From NCBI GenBank assembly GCA_038740245.1, contig JAVYLZ010000017.1, positions 1 through 12,995 of the forward strand: a stretch of DNA of 12,995 nt, given 5' to 3'. The position numbers and the translations under genes were made by a program. The notes under the pieces were generated by a model. It was not told the DNA's origin. It saw only the letters and a program-made list of their open reading frames with translations, and ran no database searches. Below, one piece after another: positions 1 through 7,759 of this stretch (position 1 is the stretch's first letter; each line of letters starts with the position of its first letter). The stretch is from Candidatus Micrarchaeia archaeon. Lineage in GTDB: Archaea; Micrarchaeota; Micrarchaeia; CAILAH01.

Positions 1-38
1 TGCTCCTTTGTTGTGAAATCCGTTACACTTGCCATCAT
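1..38 (-). CDS. Probable 2-oxoacid:ferredoxin oxidoreductase beta subunit, N-terminus only (partial, runs off window)
   Basis: Minus strand reads GGAGGGTGA (SD overlapping the alpha-subunit stop) then ATG ATG GCA AGT... = MMASVTDFTTKE, open to the edge. Identity is inferred only from its position directly after an OFOR alpha gene. Start is 38 or 35. Confidence 0.6.
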   Translation of the reverse strand, partial: MMASVTDFTTKE

Positions 39-40
39 AA

Positions 41-1861
41 TCACCCTCCTACGTGCACCTCACGTGCAGAATAATACTCCACGGGCAGGTTGTCGCTCAC
101 CACCACATCCTTTTCCTTGCCTTCAAGTATGCATTTGGCGTGCTGGAACACCTCCTCAGGGAACAGTTGCCTACCATCATACCGGAGTATGCTGCCCTTG
201 AACTGCACGCCCGCCTTTTCCTTGAGATAGCCGCCGAACTGCGCTGTGCTGTTGTTCTCAACTATAACAAGCTGTGAGGCATACTTGCGCAGCAGCTCGT
301 GCGCCTTAGGATGCAGCGGGTGCACAAATGAAAAGTGCAGCGCGTTCACCTTGAGGCCCTCCTTCTGGAGCATATCAACAGCCTCAAACACCACCGTCTT
401 GTGCGAGCCCCAGCACACCAAAGTGAGCTGTGCATCTGTTGGCCCGTAAAGTGTCGGCGGGTCAAGGTCGTTTACGAGGGCATTTATCTTGCGCGCACGC
501 TTGTCAACCATCTTGCGCCGCATCCCAAAATGCTCGGTGCTGAACCCGTTCTCCCAGTGCTCGTATGAGGTTGCAACGTGCTCGCCGCCCACTACCCCCG
601 GCACCGGCCGCGGGGAAACCCCATCATCCGTGAGCTCGTACCGCTTGAAGCGCTCGCCCTGCGGCAGCGGTGCCATATCGGTAAATATGGTCTTGCCACG
701 CTCTATGGGTATTGCTTTGAGCTCGGATTGCTCAACACACCCGTAGCTTTCTGAGAGGAACTTGTCTGAGAGGATTATAACCGGAATCTGGTATTTTTCG
801 GCGATGTTGAACGCACGCTGCGTGAGGTTATAAGCTTCCGCCACATCACCAGGCGCTATCAGCACACGCAGGAAATCACCCTGCGATGCGTGCATCGCAA
901 ACCGCAGGTCGGCCTGCTCGGTCCAGGTGGGCATGCACGTGCTAGGCCCTGTGCGCTGCGAGAGCACTATAACCGCAGGTGTCTCTGCAAGCGCCGCAAG
1001 CCCTATCGCCTCGGTCTTGAGTGCAAACCCGCCGCCTGAAGTGCTGCACATTGCGCGTGCGCCCGCATAAAACGCGCCCACAACCATATTCATGGCAGCA
1101 ATCTCATCCTCCGCGTGCTTTACGAGTATGTTGTGCTCATACTCTTTCTCAGCGATATAGTGGAGTATTGATGATGCGGGCGTCATCGGGTAGGCGGCAA
1201 AGAATTTCAGGCCCGCCTGTATTGCACCCGCGCCAATCGCCTCGTTGCCCGTCATCACGAGCATCCTGCCCCTTGCATTCTGCGGCGAGAGCTTGATTGG
1301 GAACTCAGCTGCCCTGTAATGAGCAAGTATGTAGTCATAGCCCCCCTTTGCCGCACCCACATTTATCCTGACAATATCCTCGCCCTTGCGCTCAAACGTT
1401 TCCCTTATGATTGCCTCAAGCTTCTCAAAGGGATAGCCGACAAGCGCAAGCGTGGCGCCCATAGCCACGGTGTTGCGCATGAGCATATCGCCGCCGGCAT
1501 TCTGGGCGATCTCCAAGAGGGGCACGTCATACATCCTAATGTCCTTGCGGATGTCAAGGCCGGACAGGTCTGCATTTTTTGAGTCGTATATTATGCCGCC
1601 GCCCTGCGTGAGCTCATCCTTGTGCGCTAGCACGCTGAACCTGTTCAGCGCAACCAGCAGGTCGCACGTTTTCTTGGGTGCGTGCACAGGCCTGTCTGAA
1701 ATGCGCATCTGTGTTGTGTTGTGCCCGCCCTTGATAAGCGAAGGATACTCAGCATATATGTATCCGTGGTATCCTGAGCGCGTGAATGCCTTGCCAAGTA
1801 GCAGGCCGGACCCCATAATTCCAAAGCCGGCCTCGCCCCCGATTTTCCAAGTAAATTCCAT
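41..1861 (-). CDS. 2-oxoacid:ferredoxin (acceptor) oxidoreductase alpha subunit, gamma-alpha fused type (KorA/PorA-like)
   Basis: N-terminal GGEAGFG and EYPSLIKGGH (gamma domain), then GNEAIG, YPMTP, EDEIAA, STSGGG, QRTGPST and C-terminal VENN...GQ-like motifs. Start moved from 1879 to ATG 1861 because GAGGTG (1875-1870) lies 8 nt upstream. Substrate specificity cannot be determined. Confidence 0.95.
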   Translation of the reverse strand: MEFTWKIGGEAGFGIMGSGLLLGKAFTRSGYHGYIYAEYPSLIKGGHNTTQMRISDRPVHAPKKTCDLLVALNRFSVLAHKDELTQGGGIIYDSKNADLSGLDIRKDIRMYDVPLLEIAQNAGGDMLMRNTVAMGATLALVGYPFEKLEAIIRETFERKGEDIVRINVGAAKGGYDYILAHYRAAEFPIKLSPQNARGRMLVMTGNEAIGAGAIQAGLKFFAAYPMTPASSILHYIAEKEYEHNILVKHAEDEIAAMNMVVGAFYAGARAMCSTSGGGFALKTEAIGLAALAETPAVIVLSQRTGPSTCMPTWTEQADLRFAMHASQGDFLRVLIAPGDVAEAYNLTQRAFNIAEKYQIPVIILSDKFLSESYGCVEQSELKAIPIERGKTIFTDMAPLPQGERFKRYELTDDGVSPRPVPGVVGGEHVATSYEHWENGFSTEHFGMRRKMVDKRARKINALVNDLDPPTLYGPTDAQLTLVCWGSHKTVVFEAVDMLQKEGLKVNALHFSFVHPLHPKAHELLRKYASQLVIVENNSTAQFGGYLKEKAGVQFKGSILRYDGRQLFPEEVFQHAKCILEGKEKDVVVSDNLPVEYYSAREVHVGG

Positions 1862-1897
1862 CTGGTAAGCACCTCGCATCTTTTAGGGGGCAAAGTA

Positions 1898-1905
1898 ATT
1901 TAAAA
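1898..1905 (-). promoter_or_regulatory. Putative TATA box for the oxidoreductase operon
   Basis: TTTTAAAT on the minus strand, about 23 nt upstream of the SD, leaving room for a short SD-containing leader. Confidence 0.45.
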
Positions 1906-1949
1906 TGGGCGAAAGAATATTCGGCAATTGCTGTAAAATATGTGTAAAA

Positions 1950-2276
1950 TTAGTCGTGCTTGGGTATGAGCGGCGGTGCTATAAACTCAATTGTCTTTTT
2001 CTCAAGCACATTCCGGCCCTCCTTCACAGCAAGGGTGTAAACCAGCACATACATCCCGTGGCCCCTGTAAAGCCGCTCGCTTAACAGCTTCCATTTCTTG
2101 CTGGTTGAGTTCTGGTTCAGGATATCCCTGTAATCACGGACGAGCTTGCGCGCGCGCCTGAGGTACTTGAAGTCAACACATTCTGGGCTCTTGGGCTCGC
2201 CTTCCGTAAACCCTATGCCCTTTGGCTTCTTCTGCAGGGAACTCCAAAACTCCTTGAAACTAAGGTCTTCCGGCAT
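1950..2276 (-). CDS. Hypothetical basic protein, 108 aa
   Basis: The ORF fills the gap between neighbours, has an ATG start and has SD GGTGAT (2287-2282) 5 nt upstream. No family confidently recognised. Confidence 0.7.
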   Translation of the reverse strand: MPEDLSFKEFWSSLQKKPKGIGFTEGEPKSPECVDFKYLRRARKLVRDYRDILNQNSTSKKWKLLSERLYRGHGMYVLVYTLAVKEGRNVLEKKTIEFIAPPLIPKHD

Positions 2277-2378
2277 CCAAAATCACCGCATTTATATGTG
2301 CAACAAGTAATAAAAATTGCAGTTATGCACCAATCGCAGGAATAGCACAATTTTATACCTATGCCCCCATATTTATGC

Positions 2379-2831
2379 ATGCCAGAAGAGCTTAGGATAC
2401 GCATGTCCGGGCGCATTTACTATGTTAGCATAATTGTGCTCGCCCTGCTTGTTACTGCAGTGCTCGGGCTGGCGCCGCTTGTGCTCGGCCCGCTTATCCC
2501 TTACGTGTGGATGCTCGCATTTTTTGCATGTGCGGTAGTATATTTATACGTGCGCAGCCATTTTGTTGAGTTCGGCGAGCGCGAAATCCACGCACAGACG
2601 GGGCTCATCAACATAAGGAGCCTTTACGCGCCCTACGCAAACGTGGACAATGTAAGCATAAACGCAAAGCTTTCACAGCGCCTGTTCGGCCTGTGCGAGC
2701 TCCGCATTGATACGACCGGCAGGGCTGAAACAGAAATCATAATGCGGAATGTCCCAATGGACAAGGCAGAGGAAGCTGTCAAGCTCATACAGGAAAAGCG
2801 CGCAAAAGCCCCAAAAGAAGGAAAGAAATAA
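2379..2831 (+). CDS. Bacterial PH domain (bPH_2, YdbS-like) membrane protein
   Basis: Two N-terminal hydrophobic segments, then the pattern QTGLI...PYANVDNVSI...LSQRLFGLCELRIDTTG typical of bPH_2. Start 2379 preferred to 2361 because TTTTATA (2351-2357) lies at -28..-22 (leaderless). Confidence 0.85.
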   Translation: MPEELRIRMSGRIYYVSIIVLALLVTAVLGLAPLVLGPLIPYVWMLAFFACAVVYLYVRSHFVEFGEREIHAQTGLINIRSLYAPYANVDNVSINAKLSQRLFGLCELRIDTTGRAETEIIMRNVPMDKAEEAVKLIQEKRAKAPKEGKK

Positions 2832-2846
2832 GCGCCTGTTAGGGCA

Positions 2847-2877
2847 GCGCCAACAAAAAAGATGGTGTTTTGCTTTT
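2847..2877. terminator. Putative bidirectional terminator between convergent bPH_2 and DUF35 genes
   Basis: A6 run (T6 on the minus strand) at 2855-2860 and TTTTGCTTTT on the plus strand, with a weak AGCGCCA/TGGTGTT stem (G-U pairs). Confidence 0.4.
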
Positions 2878-2879
2878 AG

Positions 2880-3284
2880 TTATTGGCGCACGGGCTTGAA
2901 CTTGAACCCATAGGTTATGAGGCCCTCTGTGCCCTCCTCGTATATTTTCCGGAATACCACCTCAACCGGCATGCCGATGCGCACATCCTCTGGTTCTATG
3001 TCAACTACCTGGCCCGTGATGCGTGCGCCCTCGTCAAGCTCAACAATCGCAAGCGTGTAAGGCACGAAAAACTCGTACCCCTCAGGAGCCACGCGGATTA
3101 TTGTAAATGAGTATATCTTCCCGGTGCCCTTGAACTTGTAAGGCACAATCTTGCCCTTCCTCCTGCACTTCTGGCACAGCGGCCTTGCGGGCATAAAATA
3201 TGTGCCGCAAGTTTCGCACTTTGAGCCAACCATATTGTAGCGCTCGTTTGTCTTTCTCCAAAGCAACGGCAATCCTGGCTTCAC
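2880..3284 (-). CDS. DUF35 family Zn-ribbon/OB-fold protein (scaffold of the thiolase/HMG-CoA synthase complex)
   Basis: CETCG...CQKC zinc ribbon, GKIYSFTII, PYTLAIVELDEG, IGMPVEVVFRK and YGFKF. GTG start at 3284 is 6 nt after SD GAGGTG (3296-3291). Lies directly downstream of the thiolase. Confidence 0.93.
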   Translation of the reverse strand: MKPGLPLLWRKTNERYNMVGSKCETCGTYFMPARPLCQKCRRKGKIVPYKFKGTGKIYSFTIIRVAPEGYEFFVPYTLAIVELDEGARITGQVVDIEPEDVRIGMPVEVVFRKIYEEGTEGLITYGFKFKPVRQ

Positions 3285-3302
3285 ATTGAACACCTCTTTC
3301 AA

Positions 3303-4463
3303 CTACGGCTTCCTGAGTATGTGCACAACGCACGTGGCGCCCGAGCCGCCCACGTTGTGCGTAAGCCCAATCTCTGCACCGGCAACCTGCCTGCCCTCCG
3401 CCTGGCCGCGCAGCTGCCATGTAATCTCAACCACCTGCTTTACGCCTGTTGCGCCGACGGGATGGCCGCACGCCTTAAGGCCTCCGCTCGTGTTTATGGG
3501 GATGGTGCCGCCAACAGCGGTCTCACCGTTAAGGGTTGCAGGACCGCCCTTCCCCTTCTCAAAAAAGCCAAGGTCCTCAACGGCCATTATTTCCGCAATA
3601 GTGAAGCAGTCGTGCACCTCGGCAACGTCAATGTCCTTGGGTGCAATGCCCGCCTGCTTGTACGCCTGCCTGGCTGCAATCTGCGTGGCGCGTATCTCCG
3701 TGAGGGATTCGCGGTCGTGCAATGCAACCGTATCACTGGCCTGTGCGCTTGCAACCACCTCAACGTAATTGTCTGTATGCTGTTTGGCCGTCTCAAGGTC
3801 CATAAGTATTACAGCTGCGGCGCCGTCTGTGATTGGCGAGCAGTCAAGCACCTTGAGCGGGTCGGCCACCTTCTTTGACTTTATGACATCATCTATCGTT
3901 ATTAGGTTCCTGAACTGTGCATACTTGTTGTGCACTGCGTTTGCGTGGTTCTTGACCGCAGCGGCCGCAAGCATCTCCTCGCTTGTGCCATATTTCTCCA
4001 TATGCTTCCTCGCCATAAGTGCGTACAGGCCCGGGAACGTCGCGCCCTGCAGCAGCTCCCATTCCTGGTCGCCGGCACCGCCGAGCGCGGTTACGGTCTC
4101 CGCAGTGGACGCATCGGTCATTTTCTCAACGCCGCCCACCACCACGCAGTTGTACGCACCGCTCGCAATCGCAAAGTATGCATTCCTGAATGCAAGGCCT
4201 CCCGAAGCGCATGCACCCTCAACGCGCGTTGCGGGTATGGGGTTGAGGCCCATCGAGTCAACAATAAGTGCCGCAATATGCTCCTGCCCGATAAGCCGGC
4301 CCGAGGCCATTGTGCCGCCGTAAAGCGCCTGTATCTCGGTGCCCTCAATGTTCGCATCGCGAATTGCCGCAATACCTGCTTCCACAACAAGGTCGCGGAG
4401 GTTCTTTTCCCACAGCTCCCCGAACTTGCTCATCCCTACTCCTACTACTGCAACCCTACGCAT
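3303..4463 (-). CDS. Acetoacetyl-CoA thiolase (acetyl-CoA C-acetyltransferase), archaeal type
   Basis: Catalytic EGACASG, EVHDCF, SGGLKACGHPVGATG and HNVGG motifs. SD AGGTGA (4474-4469) overlaps the HMGS stop; ATG at 4463. Confidence 0.96.
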   Translation of the reverse strand: MRRVAVVGVGMSKFGELWEKNLRDLVVEAGIAAIRDANIEGTEIQALYGGTMASGRLIGQEHIAALIVDSMGLNPIPATRVEGACASGGLAFRNAYFAIASGAYNCVVVGGVEKMTDASTAETVTALGGAGDQEWELLQGATFPGLYALMARKHMEKYGTSEEMLAAAAVKNHANAVHNKYAQFRNLITIDDVIKSKKVADPLKVLDCSPITDGAAAVILMDLETAKQHTDNYVEVVASAQASDTVALHDRESLTEIRATQIAARQAYKQAGIAPKDIDVAEVHDCFTIAEIMAVEDLGFFEKGKGGPATLNGETAVGGTIPINTSGGLKACGHPVGATGVKQVVEITWQLRGQAEGRQVAGAEIGLTHNVGGSGATCVVHILRKP

Positions 4464-4472
4464 AATCATCAC

Positions 4473-5510
4473 CTACATAATTAACTTCTTCCTGTGCTTG
4501 GCATACGTGCCGTAGTCAATGTACTTCTTGTGCTCTATTATGCTGTGCACGTGCACCGGATTCCTCCTCTTCACTATCTCATCAGTCACTTCTATGTGGA
4601 ACGCGTCGCTGCCAGCACCGCTGCCGAACGAGGCGACAAGTATCTTGTCGCCCGGCTTTGCAACGTCAAGCGTTGCCGCGAGCCCTATGAGCGATGCGGC
4701 CGAATATGTGTTGCCTATGAGCGGGGTTATAAGCCCCGGAGCGATCTGCTCCTTTGTAAAGCCGAGTTGCTTTGCAATGGCCTGGGGGAATTTGCCGTTC
4801 GGCTGGTGGAACACCGCATACGTGTAATCCTTGGGCTCGGTGCCTGCCTTTGCCATAAGGCCCCTCACACCTCCGGTTATGTGCCTGAAATAGCCGGGCG
4901 GGCCGGTAAACCTGCCGCCGTGCGACGGGTAGATTGCGTGCTCCCTCCTCCAGAAGTCCGGCGTATCAGTAGTGAACGAGTATATGTGCTTTATCTCTGC
5001 AATCACGCTTTCCTTCCCAACGATGAATGCTGCCGCACCGGCACCGGCGCTATACTCAAGCGCATCGCCAGGCCTGCCCTGCGATGTATCAGTGCCTATG
5101 CCCATGCCATACTCTATCTCGCCGGATTTAAGCAGCGCGTATGAGTTTATGATGCCAGCAGTGCCTGCCTTGCACGCAAACTCGTGGTCTGCGGCATACA
5201 GATCGGGTGTGGCACTTATCGCCTCGGCAACTATTGTCGCTGTGGGCTTCACCGCATACGGGTGCGATTCCGAGCCAACATAAATCGCGCCTATCTTCTG
5301 AGGGTCAATGCCTGCGTGCCGCACTGCACGCCTTGCAGCGTTTACGGCAAGCGTGGCGGCATCCTCATCAAGGCCGGGCACGGATTTTTCTGAAAGGCCG
5401 AGCCCCTCAACTATCCTCTTCTCCTCCTCGCCCCACACGCGGGCAATCTCGCCCGCCTTTATCCGGTATATCGGTATGTCAACGCCATACCCTACTATCC
5501 CAAGTGCCAT
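4473..5510 (-). CDS. Hydroxymethylglutaryl-CoA synthase, archaeal type
   Basis: [11 protein letters not shown], catalytic [32 protein letters not shown] and [11 protein letters not shown]-like GAGGT upstream. Confidence 0.97.
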   Translation of the reverse strand: MALGIVGYGVDIPIYRIKAGEIARVWGEEEKRIVEGLGLSEKSVPGLDEDAATLAVNAARRAVRHAGIDPQKIGAIYVGSESHPYAVKPTATIVAEAISATPDLYAADHEFACKAGTAGIINSYALLKSGEIEYGMGIGTDTSQGRPGDALEYSAGAGAAAFIVGKESVIAEIKHIYSFTTDTPDFWRREHAIYPSHGGRFTGPPGYFRHITGGVRGLMAKAGTEPKDYTYAVFHQPNGKFPQAIAKQLGFTKEQIAPGLITPLIGNTYSAASLIGLAATLDVAKPGDKILVASFGSGAGSDAFHIEVTDEIVKRRNPVHVHSIIEHKKYIDYGTYAKHRKKLIM

Positions 5511-5751
5511 AATACAACCTCATAATCTCTTGAGCATCAATCTCCCTTTGAAGGCCTGCCCATCACAAGCCCTTGTGCCACCGCACAACCCAATAGCTTC
5601 CTGCCTACCCCTTGCACCTGCACCATCACATACCCTCACAGCTTCTTGAGCACAAACACATCTTCCTTGGCCGCGCCGCACATCACAAGCCATCCTTTGC
5701 CAATCCTTTCTGCGCATGTGCCATCACACAGCATCACAGTTTTTTGAGCGC
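5501..5751 (-). repeat. Three degenerate 37-nt direct repeats (5501-5537, 5617-5653, 5715-5751), plus an exact 11-mer CATCACAAGCC twice (5561, 5681)
   Basis: Ungapped hand alignment gives pairwise identities of 28/37, 26/37 and 24/37. Each copy reads CTC AAR ARR YTR TGA N9 ATG G on the minus strand. Confidence 0.75.
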
Positions 5752-6435
5752 TGCCTCTATCTTGTCCAAGGGCATTGAAGTAAGCACAAGAGGTATCCTC
5801 TCGCGCTGTGCCAGCGCAACAGCCAGCTTGTCAAGCTCCTTCTCGCTCAGCCCATGCAGGACAACCATGCTGGGCTTTGTTGGATGGACGCGTATCACCA
5901 CCATAGGCGAGCGCCCCGTGCTCACATCAGTGAACAGGAATGCCCGCTCGCGCGTGTTGCCGAACAGGCCGGGGAAATCCGATGACTGCATCTCCATTAT
6001 TGCCATAAGTGATTTAATGAACGTGAACCCGTAGATTTTTGTGCGCTCAAGCATCTCCTCATTGGCGACCACCTTGCCGTCAATGAGCTTGACAAAGTCA
6101 ATGCCGCTGAGAGCGGTCGCAAACTCGTGCACGTAATAAAACTCGTTGCCGGGCGGCAGGTCCTTTGCATAGCTGTTGACAACTGCGCCACCCCTCTCAA
6201 GGTCAATCTCTATGAGCGCGCTAACAAAGCGCTTAACCACGTTTATGCCGGGGTTCTTGCGGCGCTCGCCCTCATAATCGCTTATTGTTGATGAGCGGAC
6301 CCCAAGGAACTTGCTAAGCTCCGTTTGCGATATGCCGAACAGCTCGCGCCACTTCTTCATCGTTTTGCCCGGCGAGTTTGAGAACACAATCTCGCTTGCA
6401 ATGCTTTGCGCGAGTGCCTCGTACCTTTTGTTCAT
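5734..6435 (-). CDS. XRE-family HTH transcriptional regulator with C-terminal DRTGG-like domain (COG1709-like)
   Basis: MKKWRELFGISQTELSKFLGVRSSTISDYEGERRKNPG helix-turn-helix, then the conserved RAFLFTDVSTGRSPMVVIRV...KPSMVVLHG...LA..LAQRERIPLV C-domain. ATG 6435 chosen because TTTATAA is at -31..-25. Confidence 0.9.
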   Translation of the reverse strand: MNKRYEALAQSIASEIVFSNSPGKTMKKWRELFGISQTELSKFLGVRSSTISDYEGERRKNPGINVVKRFVSALIEIDLERGGAVVNSYAKDLPPGNEFYYVHEFATALSGIDFVKLIDGKVVANEEMLERTKIYGFTFIKSLMAIMEMQSSDFPGLFGNTRERAFLFTDVSTGRSPMVVIRVHPTKPSMVVLHGLSEKELDKLAVALAQRERIPLVLTSMPLDKIEAALKKL

Positions 6436-6459
6436 GCGCACATATCAGCCCTGCAACCA

Positions 6460-6466
6460 TTATAAA
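6460..6466 (-). promoter_or_regulatory. TATA box of the HTH-HMGS-thiolase-DUF35 transcription unit
   Basis: TTTATAA preceded by CGATAAA (BRE-like), 25 nt before ATG 6435, with no SD. Confidence 0.6.
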
Positions 6467-6493
6467 TTTATCGAAAATATTTACGGCAATCGC

Positions 6494-7705
6494 CTAATCG
6501 TCCTTTAAATATACATCTTCAACCGGCTCATTCATATACATATTGTATATATAGCGGGCGATCACGGGCGCCAGCGATATCTCATCATACCACGGGTGCG
6601 CCTCGGCAAATGAAGAGGGCCTGGGCACAGAATCTGTTGCAATTAGCTTTAAGAGGAGGCCCTCAGAGTAAAGCGCATCCAGGCGCTCAATCGCAGGCCC
6701 GCTCAGCAATGCATGCGAGCACATAACAACGGCACCACGGATGCCCTCGTTCTCACGAAGCGCCCTCATAAGAACGGATATGCTGCCTGCCGTATCAACC
6801 ATATCATCTATAATGAGTGCATACTTATCCCTGGCAAGGCCGGTACCGCCAACATTGACCCTATCAACAGCATTCTGGCGTGCATAGTCACGCTCCTTGT
6901 CGCCTGCAATTATTGGCAGGTCAATGAATTTGTCGGCAATGTAATGTATCCTTTTAGTTGCGCCCGCATCAGGTGAAACCAAAACGAACTTTGACTTGAA
7001 GTCTGGATACAATTTCTTGAACCGCTCAACCAAATACTGGGTCGGGTGCACATTGTCCATATGCCTCTCGGAAAGGCCGATTGCGGCCTGTGAGTGCAAG
7101 TCCACGGTATAATACGCATCAACACCGCAGCAGTCAAACAGGCGAACCTGCGTGCGGAGGGTTAGCCCTTCACGCCCTCTCCTGTGGTCCTGCCGCGAGT
7201 TTGAGAAAAACGGTGAAATCAGTATTACACGCGATGCCATACAGTCCTTCTTAAGCGCATCTATGCACATCTCGGCAATCTTGTCGTTTTCAAGCACTGA
7301 GCGCTCGCCTGCAAGTTTTATGTATATCTCCTGCACAGCCTGCATATCCCTTGCGGCTAAAAACAGCCGAGCTGCATCAGAGGGGAGCATTCCGGGCTCA
7401 TATGAATGGTGGAACAGGAATACATCCGCCCCGCGCACGCTTGACTTGACAACCGGCTTTATCTCGCCGCTGCTGAATTGCTTTACATCCAGGGGCCAGA
7501 GCATAAACTCAGGTGCGCCAAACTGCCGGAGGTTGGACTCGCGCACAAGCTCAAGCGTGTTAAGCTGGTGCTGCTGCAGCGGGCTCTCCTGCGACGCCTC
7601 AAGCTTCTTATGCTCCTTCTCAAAAAGCATTGTAAGCTCGCGTGAGGCCTTTTCGGCAAGCGGCCTGCCGCTCGGGGTTGAGCATAGGACTAGTTTCTTG
7701 AACAT
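6494..7705 (-). CDS. prs: Ribose-phosphate pyrophosphokinase (PRPP synthetase), long form, 403 aa
   Basis: FSSGE, SVRGADVF, SRQD...RE, DLHS, VSPDAGA, KER, the PRPP-binding IIDDMVDTAGS and TDSV motifs. TATAAAT at -28..-22. Confidence 0.93.
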   Translation of the reverse strand: MFKKLVLCSTPSGRPLAEKASRELTMLFEKEHKKLEASQESPLQQHQLNTLELVRESNLRQFGAPEFMLWPLDVKQFSSGEIKPVVKSSVRGADVFLFHHSYEPGMLPSDAARLFLAARDMQAVQEIYIKLAGERSVLENDKIAEMCIDALKKDCMASRVILISPFFSNSRQDHRRGREGLTLRTQVRLFDCCGVDAYYTVDLHSQAAIGLSERHMDNVHPTQYLVERFKKLYPDFKSKFVLVSPDAGATKRIHYIADKFIDLPIIAGDKERDYARQNAVDRVNVGGTGLARDKYALIIDDMVDTAGSISVLMRALRENEGIRGAVVMCSHALLSGPAIERLDALYSEGLLLKLIATDSVPRPSSFAEAHPWYDEISLAPVIARYIYNMYMNEPVEDVYLKDD

Positions 7706-7759
7706 GCATCAGTTCGGGCCGCTAAAATTTATAGGGGTTGCGATGCGCGGGCCAAAAGC

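Noticed and set aside
3286..5649. Long plus-strand ORFs (100-216 aa) opposite the thiolase and HMGS genes
   Set aside because: Antisense shadows of well-conserved genes, with no motifs or initiation signals.
5520..5717. 65-aa Cys/Arg-rich ORF as a real protein
   Set aside because: No SD or family resemblance. Its repeated 'CD' words come from the TGTGATG repeats read in another frame. Not fully excluded.
5511..5733. C/D box sRNA (GUGAUG resembles box C)
   Set aside because: No CUGA box D on that strand in the spacer.
5501..5751. CRISPR array interpretation of the 37-nt repeats
   Set aside because: Only three copies at 24-28/37 identity, unequal spacers (79 and 61 nt) that resemble each other, outer copies overlapping real genes, and no cas genes.
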